A stretch of 64,000 nt of DNA. Source: Thermoproteota archaeon. Its GTDB lineage: Archaea; Thermoproteota; Bathyarchaeia; Bathyarchaeales; Bathyarchaeaceae. Shown here piece by piece: positions 1 through 9,082 of this stretch (position 1 is the first letter of the stretch; each line of letters starts with the position of its first letter). The position numbers and the translations under genes are program-made. The stretch covers positions 9,087 through 73,086 of the forward strand of contig JBHORG010000006.1 in assembly GCA_042565955.1 (NCBI GenBank), in the 5' to 3' direction. The notes under the pieces are model-generated. The model saw only the letters and a list, made by a program, of their open reading frames with translations, was not told where the DNA came from and searched no databases.

Positions 1-17
1 GACAAGGAAAAATTAGA

Positions 18-230
18 ATGAAAGTTGTCAGGAATAGAATGTATTACCTAACAAGGAATCCCAATATAGCGGAGTGTCCCCAATGCAAACAACTTTTTGA
101 ACCAACAAAAACATGGAAAATGGCGGGACGCCCAGACAAAAAGGGTAAACGACTCCAATTACACATTGGCTTATACAAATGTCTAAAAGATGGAACATTC
201 AGAAAGGTCCTAGGCAAAAGAAAAGTCTAA
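18..230 (+). CDS. hypothetical small basic protein with one CxxC knuckle
   Basis: 70-aa track ORF; CPQC motif and Lys/Arg-rich C-terminus; no family recognised by eye. Confidence 0.35.
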   Translation: MKVVRNRMYYLTRNPNIAECPQCKQLFEPTKTWKMAGRPDKKGKRLQLHIGLYKCLKDGTFRKVLGKRKV

Positions 231-372
231 AAAAACAATCCAAAAAACGAAATAAGTAGATGAATTCAAAAAACTGGTTTTGTATCGACTTAGTCGGGAT
301 ATTTATTAAATTTGCTTACCGCTATAGAAAGACACGGGGAACCACCAATAAGGGGGTGGAAATGTTTCCTAT

Positions 373-708
373 TTACTCAGAAGAATTGCTAAGGTATACC
401 CAAATCACTACAAAGAATGTAGTTATCAGAGCTCCCGCAACTCCAGAGATAATCCACTCTGCCGAGGCGAATAACATCGGGAAACTAGCAAGCAACCAAG
501 GCCATACTGTTTTGGCACCGATGTTTGCAGCTATTCCACCTATGAACCCCATAAGGGCAAATGCACTTAGTATTTTTAATCTGTCACTCATCCATTTCAC
601 CTTGCTTTTAACAGTTAAATCTTCGCGCTTTTGAGTGTAACTTACATAAAACTGTTTATTTTCGTATCTGCGCCCCATCTCTCTTTCAATATTAGATTTA
701 AAGCTCAA
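373..708 (-). CDS. hypothetical membrane protein
   Basis: 111-aa ORF with two or three hydrophobic segments (ILSAFALMGFIGGIAANIG, GALITTFFVVIWVYL); the overlapping + strand ORF 260-634 looks like its shadow. Confidence 0.4.
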   Translation of the reverse strand: MSFKSNIEREMGRRYENKQFYVSYTQKREDLTVKSKVKWMSDRLKILSAFALMGFIGGIAANIGAKTVWPWLLASFPMLFASAEWIISGVAGALITTFFVVIWVYLSNSSE

Positions 709-817
709 AACAGCGGTGGAATAGGCACCTTGTGTCTAATATACATGTAAATGATCGTTGCATATTAACAACGTAATAATACACTTTAAACACACATCCT
801 TGCGTGAGGAATTTAGA

Positions 818-1471
818 ATGTCTGAAAAATTTGCAAAAAAATGGGGAGAAGGAGTCGACAACACACCTCTCAGTAATAGAATTAAGGACGCCGTTCGCCC
901 TCCGGGTCCATTAAAACCACGACTAGATTTCGCAGTAAAAAGAATGGAGATGCAAATCCAGAGACTGGATAAAGCAGCAGACCGATTTACAGACCGCGAC
1001 AAATCAATTTTCGCAAAAATTGTTAGTGCATACACAAAGCATGACATGGCACGAGCCAACGTCTTCGCCAATGAACTAGCTGAAATAAGAAAAATGGAAA
1101 AAATGATTATGCATGCTAGGTTAGCCCTAGAACAGATAGTTCTCAGATTAAGCACAGTTTCAGAACTAGGCGACGTAGTCAGCACTTTAGCTCCAGCAGT
1201 AAGCGTGTTACGAAGTGTCAAGAATGGAATGGGTACTGTATTCCCAGAAGCAGAACGCGAGATTGGAAGTATTGGAAACTTACTCAGTGGAATCATTATG
1301 GACGCTGGTTATAATACAGGAATGAACATTGACTTCCAAACAGCAGGGGACGACGCACAGAAGATCCTTACAGAAGCAGCTACAGTTGCAGAGCAGAAAG
1401 TCAAAGAGAAGTTCCCAGACCTACCAACAGGTATCCCATCATTTGGCGAATCCCTACAAAGCGAAACATAG
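818..1471 (+). CDS. cdvB: ESCRT-III (Snf7/CdvB family) protein without winged helix
   Basis: Internal ATG of track ORF 758-1471. Helical hairpin core (LDFAVKRMEMQIQRLDKAADRF...ANVFANELAEIRKMEKM) typical of Snf7/CdvB; Pro-rich tail PDLPTGIPSF; sits in a cdv operon. Confidence 0.8.
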   Translation: MSEKFAKKWGEGVDNTPLSNRIKDAVRPPGPLKPRLDFAVKRMEMQIQRLDKAADRFTDRDKSIFAKIVSAYTKHDMARANVFANELAEIRKMEKMIMHARLALEQIVLRLSTVSELGDVVSTLAPAVSVLRSVKNGMGTVFPEAEREIGSIGNLLSGIIMDAGYNTGMNIDFQTAGDDAQKILTEAATVAEQKVKEKFPDLPTGIPSFGESLQSET

Positions 1472-1500
1472 TTCTAAAAAAAAGCTGTTCATGGAAATTA

Positions 1501-1509
1501 AGGAGGTGA
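1501..1509 (+). promoter_or_regulatory. Shine-Dalgarno-like AGGAGGTGA upstream of the cdvA GTG start
   Basis: aggaggtga lies 5 nt upstream of the GTG at 1514. Confidence 0.5.
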
Positions 1510-1513
1510 CACT

Positions 1514-2260
1514 GTGTCAAAACCCATTTCCAACCCCTTTCTTTTTGTTGGCAAACAAATAAAGGATGAATATGGAAGGCAAGTCGGTCGAGTAGCCTCA
1601 TTTAAGGTAACACCAACAGGTCGTATAGACGGAGTTTTTGTTGAACATGGTGACGGAGAGTTCCTTAGCTATCCCAACGATCAAATCAAAATTGATAACG
1701 GTGAACTAGTTATTTCGCCGACACTCAAATTGAACGCTAACTCTCTTTGCCAAGAAATTCCATTGATCTGGAGAAAAGATAGAGCATTAAGTGAGCTTGT
1801 AGCAAAGAAGAAAATTCCACCAGAAATGTACGATGATCTGCATAGGACTTTTGAAGGTGCCCTAAATCAACTGAAGGATAACGCTAAAGTAATCACAGAT
1901 GATATAGACAGCCAGGTTGAACGTTGCAACAAGCAGATTCACTCGCTTCACTCAGCATTAATAAACTTGGAGATTGAACGTGAAATTGGCAGATTAAACG
2001 GTACTTCATACGAGAAGGCTCTAGGCATAATCCAATGGGGACTAAAAGGAGTCAATGCAGAAAAAAATGATCTAGATGCGCTAAAGAACAAATTAGCTAA
2101 CCTATTAATCGGAGAGAAAAACCAAAGCGCACCTGAATCACCCCCAATAAAAGCTACAGAAAAAACCGAGGTTCCAAAAGCACCTGCACCTGTTGCTCCA
2201 AACCTTCCTGAACCCCCCGTAATCATACACGTGCAAAATCCTAGCAAACAAAGTTCTTAA
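1514..2260 (+). CDS. cdvA: CdvA cell-division protein (PRC-barrel-like N-terminus, coiled coil, Pro-rich tail)
   Basis: N-terminus GKQIKDEYGRQVGRVASFKV...DGVFVEHGDGEF resembles a PRC barrel; central heptad-like helices; tail APAPVAPNLPEPPVIIHVQN; located between ESCRT-III genes and Vps4. Confidence 0.8.
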   Translation: MSKPISNPFLFVGKQIKDEYGRQVGRVASFKVTPTGRIDGVFVEHGDGEFLSYPNDQIKIDNGELVISPTLKLNANSLCQEIPLIWRKDRALSELVAKKKIPPEMYDDLHRTFEGALNQLKDNAKVITDDIDSQVERCNKQIHSLHSALINLEIEREIGRLNGTSYEKALGIIQWGLKGVNAEKNDLDALKNKLANLLIGEKNQSAPESPPIKATEKTEVPKAPAPVAPNLPEPPVIIHVQNPSKQSS

Positions 2261-2268
2261 TCTCCTAG

Positions 2269-3159
2269 GTCTGTGAGGGAATCTCAATCAAAAATCCTTT
2301 TCGTGCTTCTCCCCATTTTGAGAAGATAGTTGTTGAGGCAGTACCCAAACTTAAGTCTCAACAATATAAATTAGGCCAAGTTATTGTCAGACTTACCCGA
2401 AGAGACAAGATTCTCTTCACAACTTGTGCGAAAGCTTTACAGTTAAACAACAATGAGCGAGCGGCGATATTTGCTACTGAGCTTTCTGAACTCAGAAAAC
2501 TCACCAAAGTCATCTATCATACTCAGATACTTGTGGAACGTATTATCATACGGTTAGAGACACTTAAAGAATTCAACTCAGCATTTTCCGATCTAAAACC
2601 AGTTCTGAAGAACCTTCAATCAGTAACGAAAGGTCTTAGTTTATTCATGCCTCAAATGGCTGTTGAAATGGAAAGGGTTAATGAGAGTATATTCGAGGTT
2701 ATGACCATGTCCAAAATAGATTCGTCAAAACTAGAAGTGCCAGCTGATATTAAGACTCCAGGCGGAGAAGAAGTTCTCGCAGAAGTCGCTGATTTTCTGC
2801 AGGAACAGATAATTGAAAAACTTCCTGAGCCGCCAATTGCCGCTCCGATCATAGACACGCCTCAATCCCAACAGCGAGTATTAAAAAAGAGGAAAATGGT
2901 TGCCCTCACAGCTTCTTGTTCAGAAATTTCTGATCCAAGAAGACCCCAAAAAGTTGTCTCATATAAAGGCACTGAAGTAAAACGTATCGCATGGACGGTT
3001 AATGAAGATTTGGAGGAATCAGTTTTGGAATATGCAAAAAGACGAGAAGGACGACTTGACATTACTAAATGTGCCACTGACCTTCAGGTTGCTTGTGTGG
3101 AAATTGAAAAGGCCTTGGAGACGCTGGGAGTAAAAGGAAAAATTAAGATTGCGTCGTGA
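2269..3159 (+). CDS. cdvB: ESCRT-III (CdvB) paralogue with C-terminal winged-helix-like domain; start codon unresolved
   Basis: Track ORF 2533-3159 (GTG) stays open upstream to the stop at 2266-2268. Those 88 codons encode an ESCRT-III helix hairpin (RLTRRDKILFTTCAKALQLNNNERAAIFATELSELRKL) parallel to the 818-1471 product. C-terminus VLEYAKRREGRLDITKCATDLQV looks winged-helix-like. Confidence 0.7.
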   Translation, partial: VCEGISIKNPFRASPHFEKIVVEAVPKLKSQQYKLGQVIVRLTRRDKILFTTCAKALQLNNNERAAIFATELSELRKLTKVIYHTQILVERIIIRLETLKEFNSAFSDLKPVLKNLQSVTKGLSLFMPQMAVEMERVNESIFEVMTMSKIDSSKLEVPADIKTPGGEEVLAEVADFLQEQIIEKLPEPPIAAPIIDTPQSQQRVLKKRKMVALTASCSEISDPRRPQKVVSYKGTEVKRIAWTVNEDLEESVLEYAKRREGRLDITKCATDLQVACVEIEKALETLGVKGKIKIAS

Positions 3160-4352
3160 TTTACATGAGTGCTTCTCAAGAACTTGAACAAGCTGCAACA
3201 AGGTATGCCTTGGAGGCAGTCCGTCTTGATAAACAAGGTTCAAGGGGGATGGCCATTACAATGTATCAGAAAGGTATCTCTACTCTCTTGAAGCTAGTTA
3301 GGTTGTACCCTGATTATGGTTTAAATTCAGTGTATATTCAACGTGCACAAGCGTATCAAGATCGGATAAAGGCTCTGCAAGGAGAAAGACCAGTTCAGCA
3401 ATTTGAGCCACAGTCGGAGAGGACTGTAGAGAGGATAGATAATCAGCCAAGAGCAGAAACAGGAACTATTGATGAAAAAGCAAGTTATGACGAACTCGTG
3501 CTACAGGAAAAACCTAACGTAAACTGGAACCAAGTTGTGGGCTTAGACCCCGCTAAAAAAGCGATTAAAGAAGCTATAGTGTACCCTGTTGAGAGACCAG
3601 ACTTGTTTCCATTAGGATGGCCTCGAGGAATACTTCTATTTGGCCCTCCCGGATGTGGAAAGACTCTAATAGCAGCTGCAGTTGCTACCGAGATCGATGC
3701 AGCGTTTGTTTCAGTGGATGCAGCCTCGGTTATGTCTAAGTGGCTAGGTGAAGCAGAAAAGAATGTTGCGAAGCTGTTTAATCAGGCAAGAAATACTGCG
3801 AGTAATGGACGTCCAGCTATACTGTTCATTGATGAGTTAGATTCGCTGATTGGTATGCATTCTAATGAGGTGGGTGGAGAAACTAGAGTTCGCAACCAGT
3901 TTCTCAAGGAGATGGATGGAGTTATGGACAAGGGTAAGAACATCCATGCTTACGTCATTGGAGCCACTAACAAACCTTGGGATCTGGACTGGCCGTTTAT
4001 ACGTAGATTTCAGAAACGGATCATGGTTCCCCTACCCGATTACGATGCTCGACTGCACATGATGAAGCTTTATACTGAGCATCTGAATCTGTCGCCAAAA
4101 GTGGATCTTGACGAATTTGCTAGGTTGGCCGCAGGTTTCTCTGGAAGTGATATACGGGATATTTGCCAGTCAGCTCATCTACGGGTTATCGGAGAACTCT
4201 TTGATTCAGGTAAAGCAAGTGACAAACACGCTAAGCCCCGACCTCTATCTACTGACGACTTCAAAGGCATCCTAGCGGATAGAAAGCCCAGCGTATCTCC
4301 ACGGGTTATTTCATCATACAATGAATGGTCCGAAGCCTTCAAAGCGCTCTAA
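3156..4352 (+). CDS. cdvC: Vps4/CdvC AAA+ ATPase with N-terminal MIT domain
   Basis: MIT-like helices (AATRYALEAVRLDKQG..YQKGISTLLKLVRLYP), Walker A GPPGCGKT, Walker B ILFIDELD; GTGA overlap with the upstream gene (alternative ATG at 3165). Confidence 0.9.
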   Translation: MIYMSASQELEQAATRYALEAVRLDKQGSRGMAITMYQKGISTLLKLVRLYPDYGLNSVYIQRAQAYQDRIKALQGERPVQQFEPQSERTVERIDNQPRAETGTIDEKASYDELVLQEKPNVNWNQVVGLDPAKKAIKEAIVYPVERPDLFPLGWPRGILLFGPPGCGKTLIAAAVATEIDAAFVSVDAASVMSKWLGEAEKNVAKLFNQARNTASNGRPAILFIDELDSLIGMHSNEVGGETRVRNQFLKEMDGVMDKGKNIHAYVIGATNKPWDLDWPFIRRFQKRIMVPLPDYDARLHMMKLYTEHLNLSPKVDLDEFARLAAGFSGSDIRDICQSAHLRVIGELFDSGKASDKHAKPRPLSTDDFKGILADRKPSVSPRVISSYNEWSEAFKAL

Positions 4353-4704
4353 TATGAAATTAAGAGGGTAAATGAATCCATGATAAATGGTTTTGGAAAG
4401 TTTCATAGAGGAGGCGATTCCTCTGATATCAATGATAATCTCCTTTCTCCATTAAATAATGCCTTATCTCTGAAGCCCAAAATACCACCTGAGTTTGTTA
4501 CCCTCTTGGCAATCGTTTTTTGACGATCTGAACATCTCTTCCCCCTTTTGTTTTTTTATCCCTTTTTCATTGTTCATAAAGTTGTTCTATTTTTCATGTT
4601 TTTCATAACCAACTAGAAATGTTAGAATATTGTCTGTAAATACTAACACTGTTTTCATAAGAGTCTTACATGACATCTGCACCAGCAAATTGTAGTGACA
4701 TTCG

Positions 4705-4920
4705 ATGAATAAATCAAAGAACAGTGTTTTGCGAACGGTGATTAAATTAGCTCTACTACCTGTAGTTATACTCCTCTGGATGATTGGGTGGACATTGTCT
4801 TTTAATGATTCTAAAGCATTTACGTCAAAGGTTAGTTTAATAAATTCATCGTTGAATTATGAACCCAGTTTTAATGATGAAAATGAACAAAAGGAAACTG
4901 AAATAAAAATTCTAGCTTAG
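4705..4920 (+). CDS. hypothetical small membrane protein
   Basis: 71-aa ORF with one TM segment (LALLPVVILLWMIGWTL); no other support. Confidence 0.25.
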   Translation: MNKSKNSVLRTVIKLALLPVVILLWMIGWTLSFNDSKAFTSKVSLINSSLNYEPSFNDENEQKETEIKILA

Positions 4921-5669
4921 GTAATACCGGTTTTTTCAGGTTTGCTTTGCTTGTCAGTTGTTATTATTATCTTAACTTTTGTTAAGTCTCGTGTGAACTC
5001 TGCATTGACTCCTTTTAAACTTGAAACTATACCAAGAACGGTGTTCCTTACTATGTTTTGAACAAAACTCCCAAGCGGTATCATTTTTTCGTTTACATTT
5101 ATTGTGATTTTTTCTTCTTGTTTACGTTTTCGTTCTACCAAAACTTCAACCTTTTTGTTTACCAAGTCAACGAGTTTTTCGGGTTCATTTAAGACGTTCA
5201 CGAACGGGATATCTGTTCCCACTTTTCCGTCTGGAATGTTACCGATGAAAGCTAAGATATTATTGTAACGTTCAATAGCAGTTGAAACTTCATTAATATT
5301 TCTTATTGCCACGATCTTAGGGATAGCCATTTTTTCTCCGACTAAGCTTTTGAAGCCCTCAATAATGATGATATCCACTTCGTCTGGAATTTCTGCAATA
5401 ATTTGGAATAAAGTGTATTTTTTAGTATCAACTTTTTTGATGATAGACAACTCGTTTGGGGCTACACTTAGGATAGGGTTTGCTCCAGCTTTGGCGTGTC
5501 TCCATGTGTCTTTTCCTTGAGTGTCTATCGAGAATTCAGGTTCCGGAATACGTTTTGTGGATGCAACAGTATAGCCTTTTTTTGTTAATCCTTTAATGAT
5601 GGTTTCTATCGCAGTGGTTTTTCCGGAATTACTATTTCCAACAACGGCAATAATAACCCTACCAAACAT
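4917..5669 (-). CDS. mobB: MobB-like P-loop protein (molybdopterin-guanine dinucleotide biosynthesis adapter) with about 85-aa C-terminal extension
   Basis: N-terminus IIAVVGNSNSGKTT..KDTWRHAKAGA matches the MobB pattern; the C-terminal part is unassigned. Confidence 0.7.
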   Translation of the reverse strand: MFGRVIIAVVGNSNSGKTTAIETIIKGLTKKGYTVASTKRIPEPEFSIDTQGKDTWRHAKAGANPILSVAPNELSIIKKVDTKKYTLFQIIAEIPDEVDIIIIEGFKSLVGEKMAIPKIVAIRNINEVSTAIERYNNILAFIGNIPDGKVGTDIPFVNVLNEPEKLVDLVNKKVEVLVERKRKQEEKITINVNEKMIPLGSFVQNIVRNTVLGIVSSLKGVNAEFTRDLTKVKIIITTDKQSKPEKTGIT

Positions 5670-5820
5670 GTTTCGCTATTCCTCTCGCATCTATAGCAAA
5701 CCTCACAGATTTAAGTTAAACCCAAAAATATACCAGATAATCAATAATCTAAAGGTAGATGAGAGGCTCATCTTAAATTTTAGAACAATCAATGTAACAC
5801 GAGATTTGGAGTAATAATTC

Positions 5821-6897
5821 ATGAAGATTTTAGCAATAGATATCGGCGCTGGAACTGAAGATATCCTGCTTTATGATGATAAAAAGACGAACATTGAGAA
5901 CTGTGTAAAAATGGTTCTACCATCCCCCTGTCAATTTTTCGCCGCAAAAGTAAGAGAAGCAACTTGTCAATGTAAAGACCTTTTTGTAAAAGGAGATACA
6001 ATAGGCGGTGGACCTTTTTCACACGCCCTGAAAAGACACGTTGAAGCAGGACTTAGAGTCTACATGACTGAAGATGCTGCATATACTGTAAGAAATAATC
6101 TAAACCAAATTAAAAAAAGGGGAATACAAATCGTCAAAGATAATGAACTCGAAAACTTCGAAGGAGAAATAATAGTACTTAAAGAAGTAAACATTGACAA
6201 ACTGCGCGGTTTGTTGAAGTTCTTTGGAGAACCTTTTTTGGACATAGATTTTGTCGCAATCGCAGTTCAGGACCATGGAGTTTTCCCAGAAGAAATGAGC
6301 AACAGACAGTTTCGGATTAACAAAATTAGAGAATTGCTAAAAACCAATCCAAAACCTGAGGCATTCGCTTTCATGGAAAACCAAGTTCCCGCATGTTATC
6401 CACGTATGAAGTCGGCAGTACGTGCCTCGAAGAGACAACTTCCAAATGCCCGAGTTATGGTTATGGATACGTCTCCGGATGCAATATTAGGATGCCTAAT
6501 GGATCCAGCAGTAGAGAATTCTGATCCGATTCTGGTAGTTAATGTAGGTAATGGGCACACCATGGCAGCAATAATATCAAACAACGAAGTTACTGCCGTA
6601 ATAGAACATCATACTCGACTGCTAAATCCACATAAGATAGAGAAGCTTCTAAAAGATTTTGCGGACGGAAAAATTAGCGATGCGGAAGTTTTTAATGACC
6701 ATGGACATGGAATGTTCTATCTAAAAAAACCCCCAAGCTATTCTAAGATCGAAAAAGTTGTTGTGACTGGACCAAACAGGAACATTTTAGCAAGAACAGG
6801 TCTTTCTGTCCACTTTGCAGCACCTGGGGGCGACGTAATGATGAGCGGTACTATAGGATTGGTCGAAGCAATAAAAAGAAAAAACAATCTATCTTAG
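5821..6897 (+). CDS. ASKHA (actin-like ATPase) superfamily protein, DUF1786-like
   Basis: N-terminal phosphate-1 motif KILAIDIGAGTEDILLYD and a second VVNVGNGHTMAA motif typical of ASKHA folds. Confidence 0.55.
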   Translation: MKILAIDIGAGTEDILLYDDKKTNIENCVKMVLPSPCQFFAAKVREATCQCKDLFVKGDTIGGGPFSHALKRHVEAGLRVYMTEDAAYTVRNNLNQIKKRGIQIVKDNELENFEGEIIVLKEVNIDKLRGLLKFFGEPFLDIDFVAIAVQDHGVFPEEMSNRQFRINKIRELLKTNPKPEAFAFMENQVPACYPRMKSAVRASKRQLPNARVMVMDTSPDAILGCLMDPAVENSDPILVVNVGNGHTMAAIISNNEVTAVIEHHTRLLNPHKIEKLLKDFADGKISDAEVFNDHGHGMFYLKKPPSYSKIEKVVVTGPNRNILARTGLSVHFAAPGGDVMMSGTIGLVEAIKRKNNLS

Positions 6898-7844
6898 GGT
6901 TTATACCCGGTCAGATTGTTGAGAGCTAATACTGCTTCTGTTATATCGGCTGTTGTTCCTGGACTTAGGTCATTGTTTGGGTCTCTGAGTTTACTGTCAA
7001 GCTTTAGGAGAAGATTTCTTCCTAAAGGTGTTGTTAAACCACCTTCATTCAAGACATCTCTAGCCTCGACTGAGATGCTCTCGGCTTTAGCCTGACCCAC
7101 CTTTCTAGAGATAAAAGTATCCGGAATTTCAGCAAGAATCTTCATGAAAGTATGAACAGTTGCCGTGTTAATGTCTCCCGTCTCTTCAAGCTGCTTAACA
7201 AAATATGGATAACCCAAATCAAAGGTGATGGGATAATTGTATACCCACTCAGAAGCAATAGAGTCATAAGAAGAAGCCATCCTAAAGGTATCCAAAAGAG
7301 TCACACCCTCATCTAAAATCTTCTTCTTTGAAGCTTGGTCCATCACATCCAGTTTTAACGACTTATTCAAACCCCCGGGATTAACAAGAGCTATCGCATC
7401 ATAAACATCCACCGCATCTTCAGGAGTTGTCGACTCAACAATAACATTGATTCTATTTCTCAGTTTTGACAAAGAAAAACTGCTAGAAATCATTCCAGCT
7501 GAAACTGCTATGGGTACAAGAATAATTATTGCACCTAACAAAGTATTACCGCCACCTTGGCTCCCAAGCATACGATCAACGGCATCCTTGATTACACTCC
7601 CGATACACACATCTGAGAGGTTAAGTTCTCCTCTCGAAACCTTGATTCCCCGCTCAGCAGCTCTCCTAAATGAAGGCGCTATTGCAACCGCAGACGCAAG
7701 ATAATGTTCAAACGTGGTTGATAAAAAATCTGCAGTCCTGTGAACATTTCCGGGCTTAGGATAACCGCTAACTTCAAGAAGGATAGCAAGTTCTAGACAT
7801 CTTGAGATGTAATCGGCCTTTTCTGTGATTGGAATAACATTCAT
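6894..7844 (-). CDS. triphosphoribosyl-dephospho-CoA synthase (CitG/MdcB) family protein
   Basis: Signature EVSGYPKPGNVHRTADF near the N-terminus and overall length typical of CitG-like proteins. Confidence 0.7.
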   Translation of the reverse strand: MNVIPITEKADYISRCLELAILLEVSGYPKPGNVHRTADFLSTTFEHYLASAVAIAPSFRRAAERGIKVSRGELNLSDVCIGSVIKDAVDRMLGSQGGGNTLLGAIIILVPIAVSAGMISSSFSLSKLRNRINVIVESTTPEDAVDVYDAIALVNPGGLNKSLKLDVMDQASKKKILDEGVTLLDTFRMASSYDSIASEWVYNYPITFDLGYPYFVKQLEETGDINTATVHTFMKILAEIPDTFISRKVGQAKAESISVEARDVLNEGGLTTPLGRNLLLKLDSKLRDPNNDLSPGTTADITEAVLALNNLTGYKP

Positions 7845-8144
7845 TGTGACTTACCTCGGAGTATAGTATATCTCGTCAATGGACAAGAGTAACTTAAATT
7901 AGTTTATAGAAAAATTCCAATCAAAAGGTTACTGAATATTTTGAGAAAAATCCGTCGGAAAAACAAAGTTTCGTAAATAAGTTTGAATTCAGGAAATATA
8001 TTATAATATAACATGGATTACTTGCTAGATCGCTCTTAACATCTCCAATAAATTCCTTTTGTTATTAGAATTAACGATTAAAGTTCTGAATGAATCAATC
8101 AAAAATAGAGACACTTATTTCTGAGATTAACCAATAATAACACA

Positions 8145-8603
8145 ATGACTGAAATGAAAGAAATTGATGCGTTAGATGGAAAAATTCTTCGGATATTAAT
8201 GAAAGATTCACGAAAAAAAATAACGCATATATCAGATGCCTGTAAAATATCATCAACTGCTGTAATAAAAAGAATTAAACGCTTGAAACAAAGACATGTA
8301 ATAATAAATTCGGCTTTAAACATGAATATGGCATATTTTGGTTACTCATATCCAGTATTGATTGGAGTCAATTTGGATTATGGATGTGAGCAAAAGATTA
8401 TCGAATTAATTAAAGATCATACAAAAGTAGCGGGTATTGATAAAACAATCGGCAATTATGATCTTTGTATATTCGTCTATTCAGAGAATGTTAATGAACT
8501 AGACAAATTAAGGCATATAATTAAGAAACAGACATGTGTGAGGAACATCGAGATAAATATCTGGGGAAAATTTCTTCTAAATTACGATAACATCGATATA
8601 TAA
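8145..8603 (+). CDS. Lrp/AsnC family transcriptional regulator
   Basis: N-terminal HTH (LDGKILRILMKDSRKKITHISDACKISSTAVIKRIKRL) plus a C-terminal RAM-like domain; 152 aa. Confidence 0.8.
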   Translation: MTEMKEIDALDGKILRILMKDSRKKITHISDACKISSTAVIKRIKRLKQRHVIINSALNMNMAYFGYSYPVLIGVNLDYGCEQKIIELIKDHTKVAGIDKTIGNYDLCIFVYSENVNELDKLRHIIKKQTCVRNIEINIWGKFLLNYDNIDI

Positions 8604-8623
8604 GAAAGATAGAGGTTAACTAT

Positions 8624-9082
8624 TTGGACGAGATTGATCGAGATATATTGAGAAGATTAGTAAACGATCCTCAAAAACCATTTCTAAGTATTGCGAAGGA
8701 AATCGGAATTTCACCACAGACTGTGAAAAAAAGATTTGATACAATGAAAAAAAATAATGTATTTTTCGGTTCCTCAATGATTATTGATCTTTCAAAAATT
8801 GGATTTCAGGGAAAAGCATTTCTACTTACAAAGGGATCTAAAAGTTATGAATCAGAAATTGCAATTAAACTAATAACTCAGATCCCAAATGTATTCCTTA
8901 TTTCAGAAATCGTTGGACCATATGATTTGTTAATTATGATCGTATTCAGAAGTGCAACTGAGATCCAAGAAATAGTCAACAAAATTAGGGCGATAGATGC
9001 TATAGAAAATGTTGATGTTACATTAACCTTGGACACAGATTTTCCAATTAAAAGAGAACGAAGCATCATAGATTTATTTTGA
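8624..9082 (+). CDS. Lrp/AsnC family transcriptional regulator (tandem paralogue)
   Basis: TTG start; IDRDILRRLVNDPQKPFLSIAKEIGISPQTVKKRFDTM HTH plus RAM-like C-terminus; 152 aa. Confidence 0.8.
   Translation: MDEIDRDILRRLVNDPQKPFLSIAKEIGISPQTVKKRFDTMKKNNVFFGSSMIIDLSKIGFQGKAFLLTKGSKSYESEIAIKLITQIPNVFLISEIVGPYDLLIMIVFRSATEIQEIVNKIRAIDAIENVDVTLTLDTDFPIKRERSIIDLF

Noticed and set aside
4380-4523. 47-codon ORF downstream of vps4 as a MIM-containing ESCRT accessory peptide
   Set aside because: It has no start context and no recognisable motif beyond a short Pro-rich stretch. It is kept only as an alternative under the structured-RNA finding.
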